This document shows positions 49,343-58,302 of a stretch of 64,000 nt of DNA, in pieces. A program made the position numbers and the translations under genes. Within the stretch, counting starts at the first letter, position 1, and every line of letters begins with the position of its first letter. Source of the stretch: Bacteroidota bacterium (GTDB taxonomy: Bacteria; Bacteroidota; Bacteroidia; NS11-12g; UBA955); NCBI GenBank assembly GCA_040386935.1, contig JAZKEQ010000009.1, positions 7,435 to 71,434 on the forward strand, in the 5' to 3' direction. Below the pieces are notes generated by a model that searched no databases, was not told the origin of the DNA, and worked only from the letters and a program-made list of their open reading frames with translations.

Positions 49343-49851
49343 ACGTTTTGAATAAAAGCTTTTTTTGGGTGATGGGTCTTTTGCTGCTTTCAGGCTGTAA
49401 GTCCTGTGGCTATAGTTTGTCAGGGGTGAATATTCCTCCTGATGTAAAAAATATCAGTGTGCAGTTTTTTCAAAACAAAGCGCCTCTAGTAAATCCGTTA
49501 CTCAGCCAAAAGTTTACGGAACAATTGAAAGATAAATTTTTACGCGAAACCTCTTTGAATCTCATTAAAGAAAATGGGGATTTCAGGCTTTCAGGCGAAA
49601 TAACCGGATATAGGGTTGAACCTATGGCAGTGAATGCTAACACCGGTACAGCAAAAAATAAATTCACCATGGTGGTTAAAGTCATTTTCGAATGTCCCAA
49701 TCATAAAGATTTGAATTTTAATGAAGATTTCACCAAATTTACACAGTTCGATGCTGCCGAAAATTTCCAATCTGTAGAGAATGCATTAAGTGAAGATCTC
49801 AGTGTGCAAATTATTCAGGAAGTATTCAACAAAGTAGCCCTTAAATGGTAA
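49339..49851 (+). CDS. lptE: LptE-like lipoprotein
   Basis: Lipobox LLSGCKS. 170 aa. GDFRLSGEITGYRVEPMAV resembles Bacteroidota LptE family proteins. ATGA overlap with the upstream gene. Confidence 0.5.
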   Translation: MNVLNKSFFWVMGLLLLSGCKSCGYSLSGVNIPPDVKNISVQFFQNKAPLVNPLLSQKFTEQLKDKFLRETSLNLIKENGDFRLSGEITGYRVEPMAVNANTGTAKNKFTMVVKVIFECPNHKDLNFNEDFTKFTQFDAAENFQSVENALSEDLSVQIIQEVFNKVALKW

Positions 49852-51003
49852 ATGAATAAACAGAAACTGCAATATATGGCCCATCATATCAGCGAAGTAT
49901 CCGATGCGGATATTGCTGAATTAAAGCAGTTAATAGCAAACTATCCATTTTATGCTTTGCCGCATGCGGTATTGGCAAAAATCTACTTCGAGCGCGAACA
50001 TTATATGTTTGAAAATGCCTTGACCCAGGCTGCCATGAGGGTGAAGGACAGAGAATGGTTGTACCATTACATACATACCCAACAGGAAGTAGTAGTCGAA
50101 CAAACTGAAAACAGTTTGGTAACCGATGATTATGAATCTTCAAATGACTTTCCAGAAAAAGAGATAGAAACAGCAACTACTCCTGTTACAGTAGTTGAAG
50201 AAGAAAATGAAGAGGAGGCCACCAATCTCGAAATTGAAGCAGCCTTAATCAGTGATGTCAATGCCTTTTTAGGGGAATCTGAAAATGCAGAGGAAATAGC
50301 GGAAACTGAAGCAATAATTTCAGAACCAGAACCTCTTATTGAAGAGATAGTGGTAAATGAAATAATCATTGCAGAAGATGAAATAATAGAAGCACCTGAA
50401 GTTGAAGCCCAGGTAACTACTGAGTCAGTAATTGAGGAGGAAGCTGCGGAAATATCAACTATAACCGATACCAATGATGCTGAGGAAGCAGATGATGAAG
50501 ATATTGCACCTATAGCTGAACATACAGTTGTACCTGATATCAATTTGCGCAAACACCCGGTGTACAACGTTGAAACATTTCTTGACAGTGAACATAAGGA
50601 AGATGCCAAAACACATGAAACATCCGATCGATCAAAAGATTTCTTTTATTGGTTGAGTCATCCTGCACCTGAATCTACAGCTAAAACATCTTCGGAAAAT
50701 GAAGATGCCGCTGAAGAAAAGGAGGAAAATGGCAATGACAAGATGAATATTATCGACCAGTTTATAAAGTCGAATCCAAGTATTACCCGCCCTAAACGAG
50801 AGTTTTACAGTGCAGAGAATATGGCTAAGCGAAGTGAATTGGTTGCCCTCGATTTTGTCAGCGAAACATTGGCCAATATCTATTACGAACAGGGGAATAT
50901 CGACCTTGCTGTAAAGGCTTACGAAAAATTAAGTTTGCAAAATCCACTAAAACATGCGTATTTTGCATCCCTTATCGAAAAAATTAAAAAAGAAAAAAGA
51001 TAG
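49852..51003 (+). CDS. Hypothetical protein with a long acidic low-complexity linker and a TPR-like C-terminus
   Basis: 383 aa. The central roughly 200 aa is extremely E/D/I/A-rich. C-terminus NIYYEQGNIDLAVKAYEKLSLQNP is TPR-like. Confidence 0.5.
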   Translation: MNKQKLQYMAHHISEVSDADIAELKQLIANYPFYALPHAVLAKIYFEREHYMFENALTQAAMRVKDREWLYHYIHTQQEVVVEQTENSLVTDDYESSNDFPEKEIETATTPVTVVEEENEEEATNLEIEAALISDVNAFLGESENAEEIAETEAIISEPEPLIEEIVVNEIIIAEDEIIEAPEVEAQVTTESVIEEEAAEISTITDTNDAEEADDEDIAPIAEHTVVPDINLRKHPVYNVETFLDSEHKEDAKTHETSDRSKDFFYWLSHPAPESTAKTSSENEDAAEEKEENGNDKMNIIDQFIKSNPSITRPKREFYSAENMAKRSELVALDFVSETLANIYYEQGNIDLAVKAYEKLSLQNPLKHAYFASLIEKIKKEKR

Positions 51004-51006
51004 TTT

Positions 51007-51441
51007 ATGCTTAATTTTATACTCATCATCGGCATCATAGCAGCAATCCTTACCATCCTGATTGTTTTGATTCAAAATCCTAAAGGCGGTGGATTGGCTT
51101 CTAATTTTTCAGCCGGCAATCAATTGTTTGGTGCAAAACAAACAACTGAAGGTGTTGAGAAACTGACATGGATATTTGTAGGAATTATAATGATTGTGTC
51201 TTTAGTGGCCAGTTCATACAATAAAAACCCTAAAACTGCTGCAAATAAAGATGGCGCTGCGGGTACTACACAACCGGCTGCCAATTCAAACTCTGAAGTA
51301 CAGGAAGCAATCAATGCAAAAACACCTAAGAACCAACCGGTACCTCAGCAACAGCAGCAACAACCTGGAATGCCGCTTCAACCTCAGGGAGGCGGACAGC
51401 GCCCCCCGGCAGGTGGACAACAACCTCCTCAAACTCCATAA
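51007..51441 (+). CDS. secG: Preprotein translocase subunit SecG with a Q/P-rich C-terminal tail
   Basis: ILIVLIQNPKGGGL signature and a second TM WIFVGIIMIVSLV. The tail ends PVPQQQQQQPGMPLQPQGGGQRPPAGGQQPPQTP. Confidence 0.8.
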   Translation: MLNFILIIGIIAAILTILIVLIQNPKGGGLASNFSAGNQLFGAKQTTEGVEKLTWIFVGIIMIVSLVASSYNKNPKTAANKDGAAGTTQPAANSNSEVQEAINAKTPKNQPVPQQQQQQPGMPLQPQGGGQRPPAGGQQPPQTP

Positions 51442-51451
51442 AACTGTTTAA

Positions 51452-52150
51452 TCAAGGAATCGCATAAGCGATACCCAGCTTGATGTTTTTATTAAATATT
51501 TGTGCCCCATGAAATCCATTGGAGTCAAATGATTTGAAACTGAAATCAGGTTGTATGTTAATGCCGAATTTTCCATTGATTAGAAATGAGACATTGTTCT
51601 GCAGGTAGATTTGTGTGCCATCGGAAAATTGACTTTTCGAATCTGTAAACATAAAATCATAGCCCCAAAAACCTGTGTAAGTAATCCAGTCTTTTAATCT
51701 GATTTTGGTGCCAATTACAAATCCAATGTTCCAGGCATCTACTAATTTTTGAATTTTCTTTTGCGAAGGCGGACTGTAAAAGGTTCTTGAGTCCAGATTC
51801 AGTCCAATGCCCATACTGAAAGCATCTCCTTTAATGAAATTGCTGCCGAATGTAGCTGTGAATACCGGTAAGTCGAGACCCCCAATCTTATTTGAATCAT
51901 TGAAGTTAGCTGAATCTTTGGTGCCATTAGCCAAGTAACGCACCAGCCAGGTGGCATCCATTCTAAAAAATTTAGACTCGTTAAAATTAGCTAGATTAAA
52001 TGTAAGGCCCGAAGTACTGATGTTTTTACCTCTTTGATTAATCGTTTGCGGCACTGCACCTGCCTGTAAGAAGCTCAATGTAGTAATTTTTTCCTGGGCA
52101 GTTACGCTAATAGCGTTTATGGCCAACAGAATGATCATTAACCTTTTCAT
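51452..52150 (-). CDS. Outer-membrane beta-barrel (porin family) protein
   Basis: Signal peptide ending VTAQE. Alternating hydrophobic beta-strand pattern. 232 aa. Confidence 0.45.
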   Translation of the reverse strand: MKRLMIILLAINAISVTAQEKITTLSFLQAGAVPQTINQRGKNISTSGLTFNLANFNESKFFRMDATWLVRYLANGTKDSANFNDSNKIGGLDLPVFTATFGSNFIKGDAFSMGIGLNLDSRTFYSPPSQKKIQKLVDAWNIGFVIGTKIRLKDWITYTGFWGYDFMFTDSKSQFSDGTQIYLQNNVSFLINGKFGINIQPDFSFKSFDSNGFHGAQIFNKNIKLGIAYAIP

Positions 52151-52250
52151 TATATTCTTTATTTAATTTACAATATTGTTGGATTATCGGTGACGGCACA
52201 ATACTGCATTTGCGTTAGTTTTCAACAAATTAAGATTGAATGATAAACAC

Positions 52251-52258
52251 TATTTTTG
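52251..52258 (+). promoter_or_regulatory. Candidate -7 box (TAnnTTTG) for crcB
   Basis: TATTTTTG, only 4 nt upstream of the ATG at 52263. Confidence 0.3.
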
Positions 52259-52262
52259 AAAC

Positions 52263-52643
52263 ATGAAAGGCATAATTGCAGTTTTTATCGGTAGCGGAAT
52301 TGGTGGTGTAATGCGCTATGTATTGGGGAGGGTTATTCAAACCTATTATTCAGGCGCATTTCCATTAGCTACCTTATTGATTAATATTTTCGCCTGTTTG
52401 TTATTGGGTGTTATCATTGGTTATTTGGATTATAAGCAACTACTATCTTCGCGTATGCAATTGTTTTGGGCCACAGGTATATGTGGAGGGTTCAGCACCT
52501 TTTCTACATTTAGCAGTGAGAATTTGACACTTTACAGAGAAGGACATTATGCCTTATTATTACTGTATGTTGGTTTAAGTGTATTGTTGTGTTTTTGTGC
52601 CACATTCGGAGGACTTTACCTCTCTCAGAGAGTATTAAATTAA
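52263..52643 (+). CDS. crcB: Fluoride efflux channel CrcB/FluC
   Basis: 126 aa, four TM helices, GSGIGGVMRY and GICGGFSTFSTFS signatures. Confidence 0.85.
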   Translation: MKGIIAVFIGSGIGGVMRYVLGRVIQTYYSGAFPLATLLINIFACLLLGVIIGYLDYKQLLSSRMQLFWATGICGGFSTFSTFSSENLTLYREGHYALLLLYVGLSVLLCFCATFGGLYLSQRVLN

Positions 52644-52715
52644 AAGAAGCAGATTTTTATTAGTATAATTGTATAAATGGCAGGGTGTCCATTTGTTTTT
52701 ATTACTTTCTGAATT

Positions 52716-53930
52716 ATGACTTTTGAAATCATCTCCCTTTGCAGTTTGTTGCTCTTGGCTTACGTGTTTGATATAAGCGCCTCTATTACTAAAATACCTT
52801 CAATAGTTTTATTGCTTTTAACAGGTTGGTTGGTGAAGCAGGTTGCTGAATATTTCGGGTTGCAAATCATCGATCTAAGGCCTTTGTTACCTGCATTGGG
52901 TACTATTGGGCTGATATTAATTGTATTGGAAGGCTCGCTTGAACTCGAACTGAATCACTACAAAAAAGCCATTATCAGAAAATCGGCCATTGTTTCGCTG
53001 TTCCCTATGCTATTGTTGTCTTTTTTAATGGCCTGGGCATTTGCGGTGTATAGCGGTGTTGATTATAAAATAGCATTGGTGAATGCGATACCACTTGCGG
53101 TTATTAGCAGTGCTATCGCCATACCAAGTGCAAAAGGATTGTCAAAGCACAACCGGGAGTTTGTGATTTATGAAAGCAGTCTTTCAGATATCTTTGGTGT
53201 TTTGTTCTTTAATTTCATTGCGCTTAATGCTGAAATTACAGTTTACTCATTCGGTAATTTTGGTTTGCAGTTAGTGTTGATGTTGTTGGTAACCTTTGTA
53301 GCCACACTTTTGCTCGCATTTTTGTTAGGACGTATTAAACACCATGTAAAGTTTGTACCCATCATTATTCTTATTATTTTGATTTATGCTATTTCAAAAG
53401 TATATCACTTACCGGCATTGATGTTTATCCTGATTTTGGGTTTGTTTCTCAATAATTTTCAGGAGATGAAAAAACTAAAATGGATCAATAAACTACACCC
53501 GGAGATTTTGAAACGGGAGGTTAATAAATTCAGGGAATTAACCGCAGAAGCTGCATTTCTTATTAGGGCTCTGTTTTTCCTGTTATTCGGGTATTCTATC
53601 GCAACAGAAGATCTGCTGAATTCAGAAACAATCTTTTGGGCAGAGGCCATAGTGATTGCCATTTTTACCATCAGGGCTTTGTTTTTGAAAATAAGCAAGT
53701 TGCCTTTATTTCCCTTACTATTCATAGCGCCAAGGGGTTTAATCACAATTCTGTTGTTTTTTTCTATTCTTCCGGAGCAAACACTAGGCCTTGTCAATCA
53801 GTCGCTGGTTATTCAAGTGATACTTCTGTCAGCATTGGTATTAATGACTGGAATGATGTGGCAAAAAAAGGAAAGCCCCGCAGTTAATATTCCAGAGCTC
53901 AACGCGAAGCCAGAAGATTCTAAAATCTAG
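52716..53930 (+). CDS. Cation:proton antiporter (Na+/H+ exchanger family)
   Basis: 404 aa, 10 or more TM helices, no soluble domain. General resemblance to the CPA family. Confidence 0.55.
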   Translation: MTFEIISLCSLLLLAYVFDISASITKIPSIVLLLLTGWLVKQVAEYFGLQIIDLRPLLPALGTIGLILIVLEGSLELELNHYKKAIIRKSAIVSLFPMLLLSFLMAWAFAVYSGVDYKIALVNAIPLAVISSAIAIPSAKGLSKHNREFVIYESSLSDIFGVLFFNFIALNAEITVYSFGNFGLQLVLMLLVTFVATLLLAFLLGRIKHHVKFVPIIILIILIYAISKVYHLPALMFILILGLFLNNFQEMKKLKWINKLHPEILKREVNKFRELTAEAAFLIRALFFLLFGYSIATEDLLNSETIFWAEAIVIAIFTIRALFLKISKLPLFPLLFIAPRGLITILLFFSILPEQTLGLVNQSLVIQVILLSALVLMTGMMWQKKESPAVNIPELNAKPEDSKI

Positions 53931-54150
53931 TAGCCGTCAATCGATGAAAAGGACTATTTGATAGAATCATAATATTTCTGTCATAAAACACAATTTGAGT
54001 AATAAAACGGAGCCGTATGCGTTGTGTTGGTGTAAATTTTAAAACAAAATCCGATTTTTAGTTAAAAAAAATACAATAGGACATTTTTAGTAACAATTAT
54101 TTAATAAAAAAAAGGTTAATTTGCAACAATTATTTTAAATATTTAATCCA

Positions 54151-54945
54151 ATGAGTCAAGCACAAGTTAAAAAGTCAACCAACTGGGTTGGCATTCTTAC
54201 AATCCCTGTAGCATTAGTCGTATCTATTTTAGTGTTCATTTTTATTTTCGGTGACGCGGATAATTTCAATGCTGATCATTCCCCTAAAGCGGGTAATTAT
54301 TTCGGAACCATACACGAAGGTGGCTTCGTTGTACCGCTTCTAATGACCTTATTTTTAACAGTTTTCACAATTGTTATCGAGCGCCTTTTTACCATTTCTT
54401 CAGCAAAAGGACGTGGTTCATTAGAAGGATTTCTTCAAAAAGTTAAAACAAATCTGAGTAATGGCAATATCACTGCTGCAGTGGCTGATTGCGACAAACA
54501 AAGAGGTTCTGTTGCCAATGTGGTAAGAGCCGGTTTGACCAAATATTCAGAAATGGAAAGAAATACAGAAATGGACAAAGAACAAAAAGTTCTGGCCATT
54601 CAAAAAGAAATGGAAGAAGCTACCAGCCTTGAATTACCAATGTTGGAAAAAAATCTTCCTATCCTAGCAACTATCGCATCAGTAGCAACCCTTTTGGGTC
54701 TATTTGGTACTGTATTGGGTATGATCAGAGCTTTCGCGGCTTTGGCTACTTCAGGTACACCTGATCCGGGTGCATTGTCTGCAGGTATTTCTGAAGCGTT
54801 GATCAATACCGCTATCGGTATCGGTACTTCTGCTTTAGCAATTATATTCTACAACGTATTCACCGGAATGATTGATAAACTGACTTATGGTATTGATGAA
54901 ATAGGTTTCAGCGTATCACAAACTTTTGCATCAAAAAACAAGTAA
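54151..54945 (+). CDS. exbB: MotA/TolQ/ExbB proton channel protein
   Basis: C-terminal signature LATIASVATLLGLFGTVLGMIRAF...ISEALINTAIGI. 264 aa. Confidence 0.85.
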   Translation: MSQAQVKKSTNWVGILTIPVALVVSILVFIFIFGDADNFNADHSPKAGNYFGTIHEGGFVVPLLMTLFLTVFTIVIERLFTISSAKGRGSLEGFLQKVKTNLSNGNITAAVADCDKQRGSVANVVRAGLTKYSEMERNTEMDKEQKVLAIQKEMEEATSLELPMLEKNLPILATIASVATLLGLFGTVLGMIRAFAALATSGTPDPGALSAGISEALINTAIGIGTSALAIIFYNVFTGMIDKLTYGIDEIGFSVSQTFASKNK

Positions 54946-54968
54946 TTAACCAGGCGTTTTTATAAACC

Positions 54969-55604
54969 ATGCCAAAAGTTAAAATTCCACGGAAAAGTAC
55001 CTCGATAGACATGACCGCCATGTGCGATGTGTCTTTCCTGTTGCTGACGTTTTTTATGCTCACCTCCAAGTTCCGTCCACCTGAGGCGGTACCTATTGAC
55101 CTGCCAAATGCCAGATCCCAAACAAAATTGGACAAGATTATGACTATTTCGGTAGCCAAGGATGGTGCGATTTATTTCAGCCTCTTAGAAACGTCACAAA
55201 GAGAACAATTGCTCGAAAATATGCTGAGAGTGCATCCTGAAATTAAATTGGATGTCAATCAGAAAAGAGCGTTCAAAGGATTAGATATGTTCGGTTTTTC
55301 ACTAGCTGAAATGCCGGGTGTATTATCTCTCAATCCTGAAGAATACAAAGCCTATAAGCAAAAAGGAATCCCAGCGGATTCTGCTAAATGCGAGTTGGCT
55401 GAATGGATACTTCAGGCCCGTTATGTAGACCCATATCTTAAAATTGCCGTTAAAGGCGATAAAAACAGCAATATCAAATCAATTAAGCAAGTGATATATG
55501 CGTTGACCCAGAAGTCGCAGGTCTATAAATTCAATCTTATTACGACCCTTTCAGGTAGTTCTAAAGAAAAAAATGTTACAACAGAAGAACCTAAGACCCC
55601 TTAA
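54969..55604 (+). CDS. exbD: ExbD/TolR biopolymer transport protein (long form)
   Basis: IDMTAMCDVSFLLLTFFMLTS, a TM helix with the conserved Asp. 211 aa. Confidence 0.8.
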   Translation: MPKVKIPRKSTSIDMTAMCDVSFLLLTFFMLTSKFRPPEAVPIDLPNARSQTKLDKIMTISVAKDGAIYFSLLETSQREQLLENMLRVHPEIKLDVNQKRAFKGLDMFGFSLAEMPGVLSLNPEEYKAYKQKGIPADSAKCELAEWILQARYVDPYLKIAVKGDKNSNIKSIKQVIYALTQKSQVYKFNLITTLSGSSKEKNVTTEEPKTP

Positions 55605-55614
55605 AAATTAAGCA

Positions 55615-56169
55615 ATGGCAGAATTAAATACCGCGGAAGGCGGGAGTAAAAAGAAACACGGTGGTAAAACCCGGTCGAAAAAAATGTCAACCAAGGTGGA
55701 TTTAACACCAATGGTAGATTTGGCTTTCCTCCTGATTACCTTTTTCATGTTAACCACTACATTGAATAAACCCAATGCAATGGAAATGAACATGCCAAAA
55801 AAGGCGATTGATAAACCAACCAAAGTTGATGAAAATACTGTTTTAAATATCATTTTGGACAAAGACAATACTGTGTGGTGGTATGAAGGTACCAAAGCGG
55901 CAGATTTGAAAAAAACGGTATTTGCCAGTGAAAAAGGTATCAGAGATATTATTTATTGGAAACAAGATCAATTGCAGAAAAATTATGGCAGCAAGGATAC
56001 CTTGATTTGCCTTATAAAAACTACAGATGACGCCAAGTACAAGAATATGGTAGATGCCTTGGATGAAATGGATATTACAGGTGTTAAACGCTATGCCATG
56101 CAGGATGTACAACAGCCCGAACTGGAAGCAATTAAAAATGGCGGAACAGCTAATATCATCAAAGAATAA
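55615..56169 (+). CDS. exbD: ExbD/TolR biopolymer transport protein
   Basis: VDLTPMVDLAFLLITFFMLTTT. 184 aa. Confidence 0.8.
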   Translation: MAELNTAEGGSKKKHGGKTRSKKMSTKVDLTPMVDLAFLLITFFMLTTTLNKPNAMEMNMPKKAIDKPTKVDENTVLNIILDKDNTVWWYEGTKAADLKKTVFASEKGIRDIIYWKQDQLQKNYGSKDTLICLIKTTDDAKYKNMVDALDEMDITGVKRYAMQDVQQPELEAIKNGGTANIIKE

Positions 56170-56218
56170 TATTGTTTACCTTTATAAGAATAAGTGTATT
56201 AAATAAAAAAGTGTTGTT

Positions 56219-57031
56219 ATGGAAAACAAAGTAAATTATTTCAGTCAATCGATGGATGACATCGTATTTGACTCCAGAAACAAGGGTTATGGCGCTTATG
56301 CATTGCGTAAGTTTTATGAAAAGCATATGCTGAAAGCATTGGTTATCAGTGTGTCAGTATTTATTTTCAGTATGTATACGCCAAGCATTGCAAAAAGCCT
56401 TGGTCTGTTTGAAAAAGATAAAGAAGAACAGGTGGATACTACGACCATAAAACTTGCAGAACCTCCTTCTATTAAGCCAAATGAACCACCACCACCACCA
56501 CCACCACCGGTGCAGGAGGTGCAACGACCAACTGAAAAGTTTTTAGAAATGCTGGCAGTAAAAAAAGAAGAAGTGGATGAACCACCACCACCAACCATTG
56601 AGGAACTTGAGGATAAAGATATTGGCGATAAAAAGATAGAAGGTGACCCTGTAGATGGTCCTCCACCAATTATTGAAGAAGTGGGTTCAGGTCCTGTTAT
56701 CGATCCTAATAAAGTATATACCAAGGTTGAACAAATGCCAGAGTTTATAGGTGGCGAAGCTGCTATCACTGAGTTTTTGGAAGAAAACCAAAATTATCCT
56801 GAAGAAGAAAGATCCAATGAAATAGGTGGTATCGTAGTGGTTAGATTTGTAGTGAATGAAGATGGCAGAGTGAGTCAGGTGAAAGTTGAAAAATCATCAG
56901 GCTACCGCGCTTTAGATGCTGAAGCCGTAAGACTCGTAAATTTATTGCCTAAATTTAAACCGGGAAAACAAAATGGTGTTGCGGTTAAAGTGGAGAGTAA
57001 GATACCCATCACTTTTACTGTTAGCGAATAA
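56219..57031 (+). CDS. tonB: Energy transducer TonB
   Basis: N-terminal anchor, Pro-rich spacer (PPPPPPPP, EPPPPT). C-terminal TonB domain PEFIGGEAAITEFL...YPEEERSNEIGGIVVVRFVVNEDGRVSQVKVEKSSGYRALDAEA. Confidence 0.85.
   Translation: MENKVNYFSQSMDDIVFDSRNKGYGAYALRKFYEKHMLKALVISVSVFIFSMYTPSIAKSLGLFEKDKEEQVDTTTIKLAEPPSIKPNEPPPPPPPPVQEVQRPTEKFLEMLAVKKEEVDEPPPPTIEELEDKDIGDKKIEGDPVDGPPPIIEEVGSGPVIDPNKVYTKVEQMPEFIGGEAAITEFLEENQNYPEEERSNEIGGIVVVRFVVNEDGRVSQVKVEKSSGYRALDAEAVRLVNLLPKFKPGKQNGVAVKVESKIPITFTVSE
56486..56506 (+). repeat. (CCA)7 trinucleotide microsatellite inside tonB
   Basis: Seven perfect CCA units followed by CCG, encoding the PPPPPPPP spacer. A second short CCA run lies about 90 nt downstream. 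Confidence 0.9.
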
Positions 57032-57043
57032 TTGTAAGTTCAG

Positions 57044-57274
57044 GTGTTAAAGGAACTCATTCGACATCCGGCATTTATATTCAGATTTGCAATCTATCTG
57101 CTGTTCGTCTCTTTTGCTGTTATTTTCTATTTTTCGAACTTAATGACAGATGAAGATAAAACAACCAAGAATATCTATTCAGGATTGTTATTTGTTTACG
57201 GTATTTACAGGCTTATCAGATCGTATCAGGAGTTTAAAGCCCTGTTGCGGGAAGAAGCAAAAAACCAAGAATAA
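57044..57274 (+). CDS. Small two-TM membrane protein, hypothetical
   Basis: 76 aa, GTG start 13 nt after the tonB stop, followed by a rho-independent terminator. No motif. Coding status unproven. Confidence 0.35.
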   Translation: MLKELIRHPAFIFRFAIYLLFVSFAVIFYFSNLMTDEDKTTKNIYSGLLFVYGIYRLIRSYQEFKALLREEAKNQE

Positions 57275-57297
57275 AGTTAATTATAAAATCATTCAGA

Positions 57298-57321
57298 AAG
57301 GGCAATTTAATTGCCCTTTTT
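57298..57321 (+). terminator. Rho-independent terminator after tonB-1 and the small ORF
   Basis: GGGCAAT-TTA-ATTGCCC hairpin followed by TTTTT. Confidence 0.65.
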
Positions 57322-57387
57322 GCGTTATATATCAAACGTGTTTTATCTATTATTCAAATATTGTATTAACTCATTATTCAAATTGTT

Positions 57388-58188
57388 ATGGAATCCCAAT
57401 CAAATTTCCATGGACTGTCCATGGACGAAATCATTTTCAATGATCGCAACAAAGCCTACGGGGCTTTTACTCTAAGAACAAATTATCAAAAAAATCTAAA
57501 GCTTGCACTCATGGTTTGCACCAGTGTGTTTGTACTTGGCATGGTATCTCCACGCTTATTCATGACTCAAGGGGCGCCACTTTTAGGGGATCAGGAACAG
57601 AATGATACATTTATAGCCAAACCTATAGTAGACCCTATACCGATGGAAGAAAAAAAACTAAAAGTGGAAGAGGGTGGAGGTGCTCCTGAGGAAAAATTAT
57701 CAGATTACCGCCCCACAGATAGAGCTTCAGCAGATACAGCAGCAACGAAACCTACGCTTAATAATAATGTAGTAGCAGGTGATACACGGACACCGGGGAA
57801 TGACAGTGGTCTGTTGGCAGGTAATCAGGGTAATGGCATTGTGAAACCTGATGACCGGCCCAAAACAGGAATCTATAGTAAGCCAAAAGAAGTAATGCCT
57901 CAATTTGAAGGAGGAGCTGAAGCCATAGAGGTATTTATCGATGGAAATAAAAAAGCGGAAATTACAGAAAATGGCGAAGAGGGTCTGGTATTGGTAAGTT
58001 TTACCGTTGATGAAAAAGGCTATATCGGCAATGTAGCACTTAAACATTCATCAGGGAATAAACAGCTTGATAATGAGGCCATGAGACTGGTGAAAATACA
58101 ACCCCGTTATAAGCCGGGAACCATTGATGGAATACCTACAAAAATGCTCTGTGAGATGTCAATCCTATTTACAGGCTTTGATGACTGA
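57388..58188 (+). CDS. TonB family protein (second paralog)
   Basis: N-terminus MESQSNFHGLSMDEIIFNDRNKAYGAFTLR parallels TonB-1 MENKVNYFSQSMDDIVFDSRNKGYGAYALR. C-terminal PQFEGGAEAIEVF...EGLVLVSFTVDEKGYIGNVALKHSSGNKQLDNEA. Confidence 0.75.
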   Translation: MESQSNFHGLSMDEIIFNDRNKAYGAFTLRTNYQKNLKLALMVCTSVFVLGMVSPRLFMTQGAPLLGDQEQNDTFIAKPIVDPIPMEEKKLKVEEGGGAPEEKLSDYRPTDRASADTAATKPTLNNNVVAGDTRTPGNDSGLLAGNQGNGIVKPDDRPKTGIYSKPKEVMPQFEGGAEAIEVFIDGNKKAEITENGEEGLVLVSFTVDEKGYIGNVALKHSSGNKQLDNEAMRLVKIQPRYKPGTIDGIPTKMLCEMSILFTGFDD

Positions 58189-58227
58189 AACCTGTCGATA
58201 ATTTCAACAAAAATGCGCGGATAGTTT

Positions 58228-58235
58228 TATATTTG
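58228..58235 (+). promoter_or_regulatory. Candidate -7 box (TAnnTTTG) for the PstS-like and TPR genes
   Basis: TATATTTG, 67 nt upstream of the ATG at 58303. Confidence 0.3.
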
Positions 58236-58302
58236 CGGCTTGTTAAAAAACAGCAAATTATTATTGTAGTTGCAATGATAATGCTGTGTTAACAATTAAA
58301 AC

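Noticed and set aside
50130-50609. 159-aa Ser-rich ORF antisense to the acidic-linker protein gene
   Set aside because: It is an artefact of reading GAA/GAT-rich acidic codons on the reverse strand. No motif is present, and it overlaps a gene that sits in a translationally coupled operon.
52195-52208. Sigma-54-like element GGCAC-aatac-TGCAT upstream of crcB
   Set aside because: The GG and GC dinucleotides are separated by 9 nt rather than the strictly required 10. The -12 region reads CTGCA rather than TTGCA.
52151-52262. Possible fluoride riboswitch upstream of crcB
   Set aside because: I could not find the conserved crcB-motif elements or the pseudoknot-forming segments by eye. A covariance-model scan is needed to be certain.
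56314-56769. 151-aa Gly/Ser-rich ORF (and the 65-aa ORF at 56472-56669) antisense to tonB
   Set aside because: It is the reverse-strand reading of the proline-rich CCA/CCT tract, and the tonB assignment is strong.
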